In this document: in pieces, positions 9,501-19,908 of the stretch
How the letters are laid out: the number at the start of each line of letters is the position of its first letter
Position numbering within the stretch: the stretch's first letter is position 1
Source of the DNA: Candidatus Latescibacterota bacterium
GTDB taxonomy: Bacteria > Latescibacterota > UBA2968 > UBA8231
Assembly: GCA_965206595.1 (NCBI GenBank)
Contig: OZ242214.1
Location: 864,001 to 928,000 of the forward strand
Reading direction: 5' to 3'
Length of the DNA stretch: 64,000 bases
Made by a program: the position numbers and the translations under genes
Notes under the pieces: model-generated
What the model saw: the letters and a program-made list of their open reading frames with translations, nothing else
The model's database searches: none
What the model was told of the DNA's origin: nothing

Positions 9501-10417
9501 TCGTAGACTCGCACGTTCACGTGTTCGCCCGCGCCTCCGCCGAGTTTCCGCGCGAGGTCGGGAAGGGGCGTCCAGCCAAGCGCGAGGAGCCGGCCGAAAA
9601 GCTGCTCGGCCTGATGGATGGGCACGGGGTCGACCGCGCCGTGCTGGTGCAGACCGGGGGCTCCGAGCTCGAGCACCACCGCTACCTGCGGCACTGCCTG
9701 CGCTCCTGGCCCGGCCGCTTTTCCGGGATCGGGCTCATCCCGGAGCGGACCGCCTCCCCGGAAGACCACATGGACCGGCTCGCCGGGGACGGGGGAGTCA
9801 TCGGCTTCCGGATGCGCCACGTCGGCGGCCCGGCCGATCCGTTCGCCCCGGTCGACGTCAGGCAGCTGGAGACCTATCCGATCTGGCGTCGCGCCGCGGA
9901 GAAGAATTTCGTCCTCTGGCTCTACATAAGGGCCGAGGACACCCACCTCGTCCCCTACCTCGTCGAAGCCTTCCCGCAGGTCCGCGTCGTCTTCAACCAC
10001 CTGATGGTCTGCCCCGGCACCGGGACCTTCACCTGGGACGGCGAGGGACGCCCCCGGATCGAAACTTCAACCGGCTTTCCCGCCAGCCACTACTCGCTGC
10101 TCTGCCTGCGCGAGTACGACAACGTCTGCGTCCACCTCTCCGGGCAGTACGCCGTCAGCGGGGAGGAGTGGCCCTACCGCGACCTCACCGGCGTTCACGA
10201 GCGCCTGCTGACCAAGACCTTCGGGGCGGACCGCCTGATGTGGGCTTCCGATTTTCCCTGGATCGCGGAGAACCCGGGCTACGGCAGGATGATGAAGGTG
10301 ATCGACGAGCTGCTGCCCCGGTTGAGCGCCGCAGAGCGCGCCGCCATCATGGGGGGGGACTGCGGAACGCTTCCTGCGGCTTCAGTAGTGTCCCGGGTTC
10401 CACTCAACCTGACTTGA
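9497..10417 (+). CDS. Amidohydrolase family 2 protein
   Basis: IVDSHVH, GVDRAVLVQ, FNHL, RLMWASDFP. The true end is probably GGTAERFLRLQ* (stop ~10388) if the G8 run at 10351-10358 is G7. Confidence 0.88.
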   Translation: MIVDSHVHVFARASAEFPREVGKGRPAKREEPAEKLLGLMDGHGVDRAVLVQTGGSELEHHRYLRHCLRSWPGRFSGIGLIPERTASPEDHMDRLAGDGGVIGFRMRHVGGPADPFAPVDVRQLETYPIWRRAAEKNFVLWLYIRAEDTHLVPYLVEAFPQVRVVFNHLMVCPGTGTFTWDGEGRPRIETSTGFPASHYSLLCLREYDNVCVHLSGQYAVSGEEWPYRDLTGVHERLLTKTFGADRLMWASDFPWIAENPGYGRMMKVIDELLPRLSAAERAAIMGGDCGTLPAASVVSRVPLNLT

Positions 10418-10760
10418 GCTTTGCCCGGAGGGCCTTGGGAAGCGACTTCCTCAGTGGATCGTCGAGGCGGTAGAATACTTCCTCGTCGGGCCCGGTATAT
10501 CCGGGGAACACGTAGTCCATCCGCAGCTTGGCCAGTTTGTCGATCTTGGGGCCCCACTGCTTCGCCCGGTGGGGATTGAATCCGAAATCCCACTTGTGGT
10601 CCCGCACGAACAGGGCGTGGCTCGTGAACAGGAAGAACCTGCCCCGGTTTCCGGCGATCAACAGTATCCGGGGCAATCCCTGAAGGGGGGCGTATTCCCA
10701 CTCCTCGGCCTTGTACTCATTCGGATCATTTTGAAGTAGCTGTACTGACTTCCAGCGAGG
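10404..10760 (-). pseudogene. C-terminal fragment of an unknown protein (weak metallo-beta-lactamase-fold resemblance)
   Basis: Protein-like stretch RFFLFTSHAL...KIDKLAKLRMDYVFPGY; no credible start or RBS. Confidence 0.35.
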
Positions 10761-10810
10761 TGCCCGAATCCGTGGTCGCAACGCCTTGGCCTTGGCCCAC
10801 CTCGGCCCCC

Positions 10811-11299
10811 TCAATACTGAAGGGAAGCCTTGATCCGAACCCAAGAGACCTCATGCACAGCCGTTCCGTCCACCTCGACCCCATCGGGTCCCAGCAGCAA
10901 TCCGTCAGCAAACAGGTCCGCGTTCCCAAACACAGCGCCCTCATCGCTAAGCGCAATCGGAAAAGCGAAGTATCCGCCCAAGCCAGGATGCCACCCGGTG
11001 TCGCCGACGTAGAGGTTGCCGTCGTTGTTGTCCTTCAAGGAGTTCTCCGGCCCCAGCAGCTCGTCGACCTTGCCGCTGATCCGGGAGTCGGTTTCCAGGT
11101 AAGCGGTTTCCGGGCGGCCCCTGACCCAGTCGTGAATGGTCTGCCGTTCCGCCAGCGCCGGCCCCTGCCGCTCGCGTTCCTCCCGCATCGCCGCGTCGAA
11201 CTCGCGGCTGATAAGGTCGATCTCGGGTGCGGGGAACAGCTGCCGCTTGACGACGAAGCCGAAGGTGTGGAACTGCTGCTGGTCTTCCGTTCTGCTCAC
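10811..11299 (-). pseudogene. Chimeric ORF: PhyH N-terminus fused in frame to the C-terminus of a SWxxIK-type secreted protein
   Basis: GTG start overlaps the sulfatase stop. QQQFHTFGFVVKRQLF...DGNLYVGDTGWHP is followed by ...FGNADLFADGLLLG...TAVHEVSWVRIKASLQY*, which matches the end of 24876..25799. Confidence 0.7.
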
Positions 11300-12813
11300 G
11301 GGGACTCCCTCCCGAGGTACTGGTCCATCGCTCCCTGGCGGTAGTCGTAGCGGGGGAAGTGCCACCAGGTCTGGCCACGCTCCCGCATGACGTCGCGGAT
11401 CAGGCGGCGGCGGTACAGACTCTCGAGGTTCTCCTGCTCCATCGCCGCCGGATCGAAGCGCCCGAGGATGGCCCCCTCCATGCGCCGGGCGACGCCGGCG
11501 TGCCCCGGGTCCGCGGCGAGGTTGTTCCACTCTCCCGGGTCGGCCTGCAGGTCGAACAGCTGCGGCTCGTACCCGTGGATGTAGTTGTACTTGTAACGCC
11601 CCTCGCGCATCATGATGCAGGGCATGCCGACCGCTTCGTGCGCCTGGGCGAAGACGCAGCGGTCGCCGCCGCCCCCCTCGATGACCGGCAGCAGGCTGCC
11701 GCCGTCGTGGGGCAGCAGGTCCCGGATGCCGGCGATCTCCGCGAACGTCGGCAACAGGTCGAGCAGGGACACGGGGGTCTGCACCGCGCTGCCTGCCCGC
11801 CAGCCATCGGGGAAGCGGACGATCAGCGGCACTCTGCAGGACCACTCGTAGAAGCAGCGCTTCTGCACCATCTCCCGCTCGCACAGCATGTCGCCGTGAT
11901 CGCTGGTGAAGAGGACGACGGTGTCGTCGGCGAGCCCGGTTTCGTCGAGGGTGTCGAGGAGGCCGCCGAGCTTGTCGTCCATGTAGGTGGTGACGCCGTA
12001 GTAGGCGCGCCGCACCCGCTCCATGCTCTCGCGGCGGCGCAGGTCGAAGCGGCCGACGCCGTGGTAGGCGTTGAGGCAGCGGTCCATCTGCGAGCGGCCT
12101 TCCTCGAATCCATCGGGGAATTCGGCGATGTCGATCTCCGCTCCTTCGTAGAGGTCCCAGTAGCGCGGCGGCGGCCAGAACGGCTCGTGCGGGTGGTGGT
12201 AGGAGGCGACCAGCAGGAACGGTTCCTCCCTCCGGCTCTGCCCCCGGGCCCGCAGGTACTCGAGCGCCCGGAAGTGGGTCTCCTCGTCGTAGCTGAGGGC
12301 GTTGTGCCAGCGGCCGACCTCGATGCCCCCGCCGACGTAGTTGCCGGCGTTGTAGGTCTGGCGCTGCGCCATCACCTCCTCCGGGTCGGCGCCGCGGTTC
12401 TCCTTGATGCGGATCCACTCCTCGCGCACCCAGGTGAAGTCGGAGGAGTAGATGTCCGTGGTCAGCCGCCGCCGAAAGCCGTGGCGCTGCTCGGCGCCGA
12501 TGAAGTGCATCTTGCCGGACAGCACCGTGTCGTACCCGGCCGCGGCGCACCAGGTGGCGAAGGTCGGATGGTCGCAGCCGAGCGGGGAGCCGTTGTCCCA
12601 GGCGCCGATCTCCGAGGCGTGGCGCCCGGACATGAAGCAGGCGCGCCCAGGTGCGCAGAGGGGAAAGGGGGTGTAGGCCGAGTCGAAGCGCACCCCCTCT
12701 TCGGCGAGCCGGTTCAGGTGGGGGGTGCGCACGACCGGATGGCCGTACGCCCCGGTGAGGGCGGCGACCATCTGGTCGGAAACCACGAGCAGGATGTTCG
12801 GTCGTTCAGCCAT
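11296..12813 (-). CDS. Formylglycine-dependent sulfatase, choline-sulfatase-like
   Basis: RPNILLVVSDQ, CAPGR (CxPxR), GKMH, HPHEP, TSDHG, QLFDLQADPGE; no signal peptide. Confidence 0.92.
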   Translation of the reverse strand: MAERPNILLVVSDQMVAALTGAYGHPVVRTPHLNRLAEEGVRFDSAYTPFPLCAPGRACFMSGRHASEIGAWDNGSPLGCDHPTFATWCAAAGYDTVLSGKMHFIGAEQRHGFRRRLTTDIYSSDFTWVREEWIRIKENRGADPEEVMAQRQTYNAGNYVGGGIEVGRWHNALSYDEETHFRALEYLRARGQSRREEPFLLVASYHHPHEPFWPPPRYWDLYEGAEIDIAEFPDGFEEGRSQMDRCLNAYHGVGRFDLRRRESMERVRRAYYGVTTYMDDKLGGLLDTLDETGLADDTVVLFTSDHGDMLCEREMVQKRCFYEWSCRVPLIVRFPDGWRAGSAVQTPVSLLDLLPTFAEIAGIRDLLPHDGGSLLPVIEGGGGDRCVFAQAHEAVGMPCIMMREGRYKYNYIHGYEPQLFDLQADPGEWNNLAADPGHAGVARRMEGAILGRFDPAAMEQENLESLYRRRLIRDVMRERGQTWWHFPRYDYRQGAMDQYLGRESP

Positions 12814-12861
12814 GTCGCTCCTGTCGTCCCGGGGCAGCGAGCCGTCCGGCGCCGAACCGCA

Positions 12862-14786
12862 CTAGCCCTCGAACAGATCGCGGGCGACCGCTCCCTGACA
12901 GTGGGCCGGAGGCTCGACCCCGAAGAGGTGGCAGTAGGTCGCCACCACGTCGACGGCGTGGATGTACCCGAGCTCTTCAACGGGGCGTTCGTACCCCTGC
13001 TTCACGCCGGGGCCGGCGATCATCATCGTTCCGAAGCTCGAGGAGAGGTCGTTGCGGGTCGGCAGGAAGCCGCCGTGATGGGCGCCGTACACCTCCGGGG
13101 CGCCGGCGGCGCCCCCTCCGACGATGCCGCGCCACTGGCCGAAATAGCCGCTGACGTATCCGTGGTCCCAGGCGAAGACCACGTCCCCGCACTGCGGTCC
13201 CCACTGTCCGAGCAGGTAGGCGTCCCGCTTCGGCAGGGCGATGGCGACCGGGGTTCCGCCGACCTCCTCGTCGACCCAGGTGCGCAGCGCCAGCAGCAGC
13301 TCCCGCTCGATGCGGTCGAACTTCTCCCCCGGCCCGGCGTTGATGTAGATGTCGAACCCCTTGTCGTCCTTCAGGTAGGCCCGCGTCCTCTCCCAGTCGA
13401 TGTCCTCCTCGAGCACCAGGTCCTCCTCGACGCGGCTGCCCCCTCCCGGCTTCAGCACGGTGAATCCCCGGTCGTGGAGGTACTTGCGGATGTTGGCGAC
13501 GCGGACGTCGGGGTAAGCGCCGTGGTCGGCGAGGACGCTGACGTAGGTGCCGGGGCCGGCCGCCTCGCGGATGCGCCCGAGGACGCGGTCCCCGACCTGG
13601 TAGGCCTTGCGGAACATCTGCATCGCCTCCTCCGCCTTCCCCGGATCGTACCCGGGACAGGCGGGGTCGACGTCGTTCAGGTGGATGTGATTGAGGTAGT
13701 CGAACAGGTGCCAGTGGCAGATGAAGAAGGAGCAGTCCTTCTCCTGCAGCATGTAGTTGGCGACGTCGGCGAACCAGAGCCCCTGGTACTCGCACTCCTC
13801 CATGGCGGTGTCGAAGTCCGCCATGCCGTGGGTGTAGGGCAGGGTCGAGGCGTGCTCCTGGTACGGTCCGAAGCGGTCGACCAGCTCGGCGGCGAGATCG
13901 CCTGGGTAGGTAAGCCGTCGGCGAAGGTCACCTGCGAGCGGTAGAGCTGGAGGTGGGTACCGCCGGCGCTGAGGGCGACCGGCTTGAAGCGCACGGAGGC
14001 CCGCTGCCGGTGCCCGGCAATGGCGAAGTCCCCGATCGCCCACTCGCTCCAGCAGCCTGCCGCGGCGGAGGCGAGAGGGGCGCTGCCGTCGCGGTCCCGG
14101 CAGACGGCGACGCGGTCGTACCCCTTCCCTTCGGAGTCGGTGACCAGCACCTGAAGGAGGGTGACGTCCCCGCCCTGTGCCGCCTCGATTTCTATGGAGG
14201 TCGCCAGCGGCGGCGACTTGCCGGGCGGCAGGTTGGTCCAGCCCTCTGCGGGCCGCAGCGGCGCAACCTGCTGCACGCTCCGCTGCGCGCGCCGCACCGC
14301 GGTGCCGTCGTGGTCCATCTCGATGCCGCTCTCTGCGACAGCGGAGGTGGTGTACGCCTGGGCAGCGGCGATTTCGTAGTCGGTGCTGGCGTGTCCGGGG
14401 TGGCCGTACCCGTCGACGACGTAACCGGTCTTCACGCCGGATGGATCCGCGGCCGGATAGTGCACGGCAACGGATTTGAGGCCGGCCCGTTCCAGGGCGT
14501 TCCAGATGCGCTCGGCGCTCAGGGCGCGGCCGTGGAAGCTGCTGACCCGTTCCCCCGAGGGCAGCTGCACGCGCCAGCGCGTGGCCCCGTGGGTGCCGGT
14601 GTGCGCTCCCGTCGACAGGGTCGCCCAGTTGGTCGGCGTCCAGACCGGGAAGGAGGGGGCGGTCTGGTTTACCGCCCCTTCGGCGAGCATGCGGGAGAAG
14701 TTCGGCAGGATCCCCTCGGCGGCGAACTTCTTCACCATCGGGGTTATGAGGCCGTCCATGCCGTACGCGCAGATCCTGGTGTCCAT
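12862..14786 (-). pseudogene. Alkaline phosphatase superfamily (nucleotide pyrophosphatase/phosphodiesterase-like), 1-bp frameshift at ~13912
   Basis: N-part GMDG...PVWTPTNWATLSTG...QVTFADG; C-part TYPGDLA...DYLNH...ADHG...IDWERTRAY...AHHG. Restoring one base gives DGFTYPG. Confidence 0.85.
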
Positions 14787-14815
14787 TCCTGTCTCCGGTT
14801 GGGGCAGCCCGGGGG

Positions 14816-16708
14816 CTACTGCGCCAGGTGCCAGTCGGGATCCTCGAGTGCCTCGTAGACGACGCCCCCCTCGACGTCGCGAGGCATCGGCACCCCCATC
14901 AGGTAGCAGATGGTCGGGGCGACGTCGACGGCTCGCACCTGGCGCCTGAGTTCGAGGTCGCGGCGCACCCCGGCGCCGGCCATGATGAAGGTGCAGTGCT
15001 GCCCGCCGATGCCGAGCCGGGCCGACGGCAGCTGCTTGCCGTGGGCGCCGTCGAACTCCGGGCGCAGGGCGTAGACCACGTCGCCGACCAGGTCGCCCCA
15101 GAGGTTGACCATCTCGGCGTCTTCCCGCGTCAGCGCCAGCGCGAACGGGCACAGGCCGGTCTTCTCGTCGACGTACCCGTTCAACGCCGCGATGATGTCG
15201 AGCTGGGTCTGCCGGTACTCCTCCTGGGCGACGATACCGGTCGGCTCCCGCCCCTCGAGGTTGATGAAGACGTGGACGAGCCCGACGTCGGCGGCAATGG
15301 TGCGCTCCCAGTCGATCCCGCCTTCCTCCTTGCTTGTCAGGAATCCGGTCTCTTCCAGCACCTTGGAGACGTCCACCGCCCCGTACTGGGTCGGGGTGCC
15401 GCCGTGATCGGAGACCACCAGACAGACCGTGTCGTCGTCGGCGAGGGCGCCCACGCGGCCGATCATCGCGTCGACCGAGGCGAAGGTGCGCTCGAGCCCC
15501 TCACGGCAGCGCGCCAGGGTGTCCGGGTCGGCGCCGCTGACCTCGTCCGCCTGCGCGAGGAAGAAATGGCTGGCGTAGTCCGGGGCGTGCGACTCGATGA
15601 AGAGGATGTCCCACTCCCGCGACCCGGCCAGGTACCCGGCGACGTCGGCGAGCCTCTGGTGATGGAAGTCGAGAAGCTCGAAATAGGTGTCGTCGTCCAC
15701 GACCCCGAGGGCGTCGCGGGCGGGGTTCTGGAGGAAGTTGCCGACCTCTTCGTCGAGCTCCTGCGACAGCGGCACCGGCGCCGTGTACCCGAGGGCCGGC
15801 CAGATCTGCGGCATGAAGAGCTCGAAGCGCTCGAGGCCGGGAGCCATCGCCACCAGCTTGGCCTGCACGTATCCCTCGACCTCCTCGCCGTCGATGAGGA
15901 AGGTGTCGCGCCACCACTCGCTCCACTGGCCTTCGGACAACTCGGCGACCGCGGTGCCGCAGTCCCTTTCGCGGCAGACTAGAAGGCGGTCGTAGCCGTC
16001 GCCGCCGCTGGCGTAAGCGAGGCCGTAGTAAGACCTCGGTTTGGCGGTGCTTCCCCTCGGCTTGCGGCCGCGGGTGAGGGGCCTGACGGTCAGCTCCACT
16101 GCGCGCGGCGGCATCTGCGACTCGGGCAGATTCTTCCAGTATCTGCCGGCTGACTTTATTCGCACAGGGTCGGCGACCTCGACGGTCTGCAGGGCGCTCG
16201 GGTCGAGGGTCTCCGGGTCGCGCTCGCCGCCGACCGGACGCGGATTCCAGTCCCCGGCGACGAACAGGTGGTAGCCGGCGATCTGGTGCACGTTCGACAC
16301 CCCCGGGCCCGTCCCCTCGACCTGCACGCCGTCGCGGACCGTCGGCGGCCAGGACATCTCCCACTTGACGAGGATCGGCTTGCGGCCGGCGCGCTCCATC
16401 GCGTTCCACAGGTATTCCGATTTCGACAGGCCGGTGTTGATCCCCCAGGCCGTCTCGTCGAGGCGGCCGCCGGGCTTGCGGATGTTGAAGTCCATGACCT
16501 CGTGGTTACCCGGCCAGGAACCGGTCGAGGTGGCCGTCCATCCCGGCGGGGTGAGGGTCGGAAACACGCCGACCATCGGCCGCTGAACCCCCCTGCCGGC
16601 CAGGGCCGCGAGGTTCGGCATGTGACCCCGGTCCATCATCCGCGACACCAGCTCCATGCTGGCGCCGTCCATGCCGATCACGATGGCTCGCTTTGCTGGT
16701 GGGTTCAT
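14816..16708 (-). CDS. Alkaline phosphatase superfamily (nucleotide pyrophosphatase/phosphodiesterase-like)
   Basis: IGMDG, PTLTPPGWTATSTG (Thr nucleophile), DYASH, VSDHG, IDWERT, VDVAPT. Start set to ATG 16708 (MNPPAK). Confidence 0.9.
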   Translation of the reverse strand: MNPPAKRAIVIGMDGASMELVSRMMDRGHMPNLAALAGRGVQRPMVGVFPTLTPPGWTATSTGSWPGNHEVMDFNIRKPGGRLDETAWGINTGLSKSEYLWNAMERAGRKPILVKWEMSWPPTVRDGVQVEGTGPGVSNVHQIAGYHLFVAGDWNPRPVGGERDPETLDPSALQTVEVADPVRIKSAGRYWKNLPESQMPPRAVELTVRPLTRGRKPRGSTAKPRSYYGLAYASGGDGYDRLLVCRERDCGTAVAELSEGQWSEWWRDTFLIDGEEVEGYVQAKLVAMAPGLERFELFMPQIWPALGYTAPVPLSQELDEEVGNFLQNPARDALGVVDDDTYFELLDFHHQRLADVAGYLAGSREWDILFIESHAPDYASHFFLAQADEVSGADPDTLARCREGLERTFASVDAMIGRVGALADDDTVCLVVSDHGGTPTQYGAVDVSKVLEETGFLTSKEEGGIDWERTIAADVGLVHVFINLEGREPTGIVAQEEYRQTQLDIIAALNGYVDEKTGLCPFALALTREDAEMVNLWGDLVGDVVYALRPEFDGAHGKQLPSARLGIGGQHCTFIMAGAGVRRDLELRRQVRAVDVAPTICYLMGVPMPRDVEGGVVYEALEDPDWHLAQ

Positions 16709-16963
16709 TTCCTGTGTCCGTCCTCTCCGGGATGGGTGTGAGTGTTTGCGGCGGTGACTGTGGATTTCCAGGCCGGGACAAGGTACGGCTGCCGGCACCT
16801 GGGTTCCACCGCGACGGCCGGGTAAAATCGGCCGGCCGGATGGCCTGACGATTGGAAGCCCGGCGAGCTCTGGCTCGGACAGCAGGGGCACCGAGTTCAG
16901 GCGACTCGTCAACGCCGCCAGGTCCGGGTGAAAGCCTCCGGAGCCGGCAGCCCCCTCCGACTC

Positions 16964-18640
16964 CTATCCCTCCGGCTCCGTCACCGTCAGCACCTGGTTC
17001 ACCTCGATGTCCTCCAGCGTCTGCACTATCCCGCTCGGCCAGCGCAGTGTCACCCTGTCGACGCGCCTGGCCTTGCCGAGGCCGAAGTGGACGCGCATGT
17101 CGTCGTGCCCGAGGTAGCTGCCGCCGCTGCGCACCTCGTTCACCTGGCGGTGCCCGGCGGCCTCCAACTCGATCCGGGTTCCCACTCCGTCGCGGTTGCT
17201 CCTGCTGCCGACCGTCTTGACGAGCAGGTAGTTGTTGGCGTTGCCGCCATCGTTCCGCAACAGGTTGGGTTTGCCGTTCAGGTTGAGGACGAAGATGTCG
17301 ATGTCCCCGTCGGCGTCGTAGTCGGCGAATCCCGCGCCCCTGCTCACCTCGCGGATCGCCAGCCCCGGCCCCGATTCCCGCGAAACGTCGCGGAAGGTCC
17401 CGTCTCCGAGATTCTTGAACAGCAGGTTGAGCTGGGCGTAGCTGGCGTTGGTGTGGGGCAGGTCCGCCTCCGGGTAGGTGTGGCCGTTGGCGACGTAGAT
17501 GTCCTTGTCGCCGTCGTTGTCGTAATCGAACAGGGCCGTTCCCCAGCCGACCTCCGGCTCTCCGACCGCGGCCACCCGGGAGACGAAGGAGACGTCGAGG
17601 AAGAAACCGTTTCCCTCGTTCCGGTAGAGGGTGTTGTGCTCCCCCTCGAAATTGGAGACGAAGATGTCGAGACGGCCGTCGTTGTCGTAGTCGCCGACCC
17701 CGACGCCCATGCATCCCTGCTCGGTGCCCTGGGCGTCGAATCCCACCCCCGAACCGAGCGCCTCGTCCGAGAAGCTGCCGTCTCCCTTGTTGACGAACAT
17801 CATGTTCGGAGTCATGTCGTCGGCGACGAACAGGTCGGGCCAGCCGTCGTCGGTGAAGTCGGCGAACACGGCGCCGTACCCGTAGTGCTTGCGGCCGGCC
17901 ATGCCGACCTCGGCGGTGACATCGGTGAAGCTGCCGTTGCCGTCGTTGCGGTAGAAGACGTCCGCCTGCGGTATCATCCCCCTGGGGCCGCACATGATGT
18001 CGTAAGTCTTCCAGACGCAGGGGACCGTCGACTCGTAGTCGAGGGAGAAGTCGATGTAGTTCGACACGTACAGATCGAGGTCCCCGTCGCGGTCGTAGTC
18101 GCCGAAAGTGCTTGCGGTGCCGTACCCCTCGTCTCCGACCCCGGCCTTCGAGGTGACGTCGGCGAAGCGCCGGTTTCCCAGGTTCCGGTAGAGGGTGTTG
18201 CGGCCGAAGTTGCCGACGTAGAGATCGAGGTGCCCGTCGTTGTCGTAGTCGGCCGCGGCGCAGCCGAGCGACCAACTGGTATCGCCGACGGCCGCGGCCG
18301 CGGTCACCTCGGTGAAGTTACTCCCATCATTCCGGTACAGCCGGTTGCGGGGATGCTCTTCTTCGGGGAACCCGTGGAAGCTCGAGCCGTTGGCGACATA
18401 GAGGTCGACGTCGCCGTCGTTGTCGTAGTCGAAGAAGGCGGTGCCGCCGGTCGAGGTCTCGACGATGTACTTCTGGTCCCTGCCGGAGACGTTCGTCCCC
18501 ACCAGTCCCACCTCGGCGGCGACATCGGTGAATTGCACTGTTGCCGGGGCCTCGGGCGGGGCCGCGGCCCCTGGGCTTCCCCCGAAGAGCGGCGGACAGA
18601 GCCCCCCGAGAACCAGGCCGACGAGCAGAGCCGCTCTCAT
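16964..18640 (-). CDS. CRTAC1-like FG-GAP repeat protein with C-terminal ASPIC/UnbV domain, secreted
   Basis: Signal peptide, many DYDNDGDxDLYV repeats, SNRDGVG, SGGSYLG, HFGLG, RWPSG. Confidence 0.92.
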   Translation of the reverse strand: MRAALLVGLVLGGLCPPLFGGSPGAAAPPEAPATVQFTDVAAEVGLVGTNVSGRDQKYIVETSTGGTAFFDYDNDGDVDLYVANGSSFHGFPEEEHPRNRLYRNDGSNFTEVTAAAAVGDTSWSLGCAAADYDNDGHLDLYVGNFGRNTLYRNLGNRRFADVTSKAGVGDEGYGTASTFGDYDRDGDLDLYVSNYIDFSLDYESTVPCVWKTYDIMCGPRGMIPQADVFYRNDGNGSFTDVTAEVGMAGRKHYGYGAVFADFTDDGWPDLFVADDMTPNMMFVNKGDGSFSDEALGSGVGFDAQGTEQGCMGVGVGDYDNDGRLDIFVSNFEGEHNTLYRNEGNGFFLDVSFVSRVAAVGEPEVGWGTALFDYDNDGDKDIYVANGHTYPEADLPHTNASYAQLNLLFKNLGDGTFRDVSRESGPGLAIREVSRGAGFADYDADGDIDIFVLNLNGKPNLLRNDGGNANNYLLVKTVGSRSNRDGVGTRIELEAAGHRQVNEVRSGGSYLGHDDMRVHFGLGKARRVDRVTLRWPSGIVQTLEDIEVNQVLTVTEPEG

Positions 18641-18799
18641 CGGCTATCGTCCTGTTGAAACTCGCCGAATCGAAGGGCCGGGGAGGGATGGCTCGGGGAA
18701 TGTGATTCCAATCCTGTTTGCGGGTCGGCAATACGGTCGGGGAGCAACGGAGCTGTCCGGCCAGGCCGCCGGTCGGCCTTCGAGGTGGCGGTACGACGC

Positions 18800-19275
18800 G
18801 GCCGACCACAGGGGGAGACCACGAGCATGTTGACGAAGAAGATCCAGTTGAAGGCGAGATCGAACCTGCCGGTGATCGCCGCTCCTGCCTTCGCCTTGAA
18901 GTCGTAGATGCGGGAGAACCCGTACTGCTGCATGAGGCTGTGCTGGTGATCCCACAGGGTGACGACGAGGATGAGGCTCAGCGGCGCGTAGCGCATGGCG
19001 AGATAGGCCATCAGCACCAGCATCACCGGGCCGACGATGAAGCAGTCGCGCCAGCGGCTGAACTCCGCGGGCGAGCCGTATACGCGCAGCCAGGTTGCGA
19101 AGTGGTGCGGCACCGTCACCCATAGGGCGATCGCCGCGAGCGCCGCCCCGGGCAGGTACCGGTTGGACAGCAGTCCCGCGGCAACGGCCAGGAAGGGGAG
19201 CGTCAGAAACCAGATGAAGTCCGACCTGCGGTCGATTTTGTAGACGTTCCTGAAGGGAACGGCCACGCTGCTCAT
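18800..19275 (-). pseudogene. Truncated polytopic membrane protein (His-motif type)
   Basis: Hydrophobic helices with PHHFATWLRVY and WDHQHSLMQQYGF. Coding-like sequence degrades after VNMLVVSP(LWS) at ~18810. Confidence 0.6.
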
Positions 19276-19425
19276 CAGATTCGCCCTTTGTATTTTGTTG
19301 CCTGTGTTGAAATAGCCGATCCTGGCAGCGGTCGGCAACCCCGGACTCCCCTGCTGGATCGGCCTGGCCGGGGGGCTCCGGAACCGGGTGGTTCAGGGTG
19401 CCGCAGGAAAGGGCCGCGATCGCTG

Positions 19426-19885
19426 TCACAGCTGAAAAGGCATGTCCCTTCTCAGGCGGGATACGAAGGAGATGAATTTCTCCTCGTTGACGGAGACGAC
19501 GGACTGGTACCGCCGGCGCAACCCGGCAAGGCAGGTTCTAACCGCGGCGCGGCCAGGGTCCATACCTTCGCGACCTGACCGGGGATCAGGAGGCCGGCCC
19601 CGAAGCGGTCCCGGTGCTCTTCGATGTACCGGCGGACCATTGCATCCGACACCTCGACGAGCTTGGCGGCGCCGGAGCGCACCAGGGAGAGCACGTGCGG
19701 TTCCTGGGCCGTGAGGGGCCTGTGCCAGCGCAGGTGGCAAATCGGCAGGCCCGGGGGGGGGTTATCTGGAAGGTGTCGACGCGGGCGAGACGGGGGAGGG
19801 AGGCCCTAGCGGCGGGGCTGGCATCGTCGCCCGCGGCACAGGCGAGCACGGCGACGGCTTCGGCTGGAAGGAGGCGGCGGTTCAT
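19426..19885 (-). pseudogene. Collapsed remnant of a PpiC/SurA-like foldase lipoprotein
   Basis: Pieces in three frames: signal-like AVAVLAC + LARVDTFQIT; LVEVSDAMVRRYIEEHRDRF; LAGLRRRYQSVVSVNEE. These resemble the start, middle and end of 25904..27574. Confidence 0.5.
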
Positions 19886-19908
19886 GGCGGGCGGGCCCTC
19901 CCTGACCG

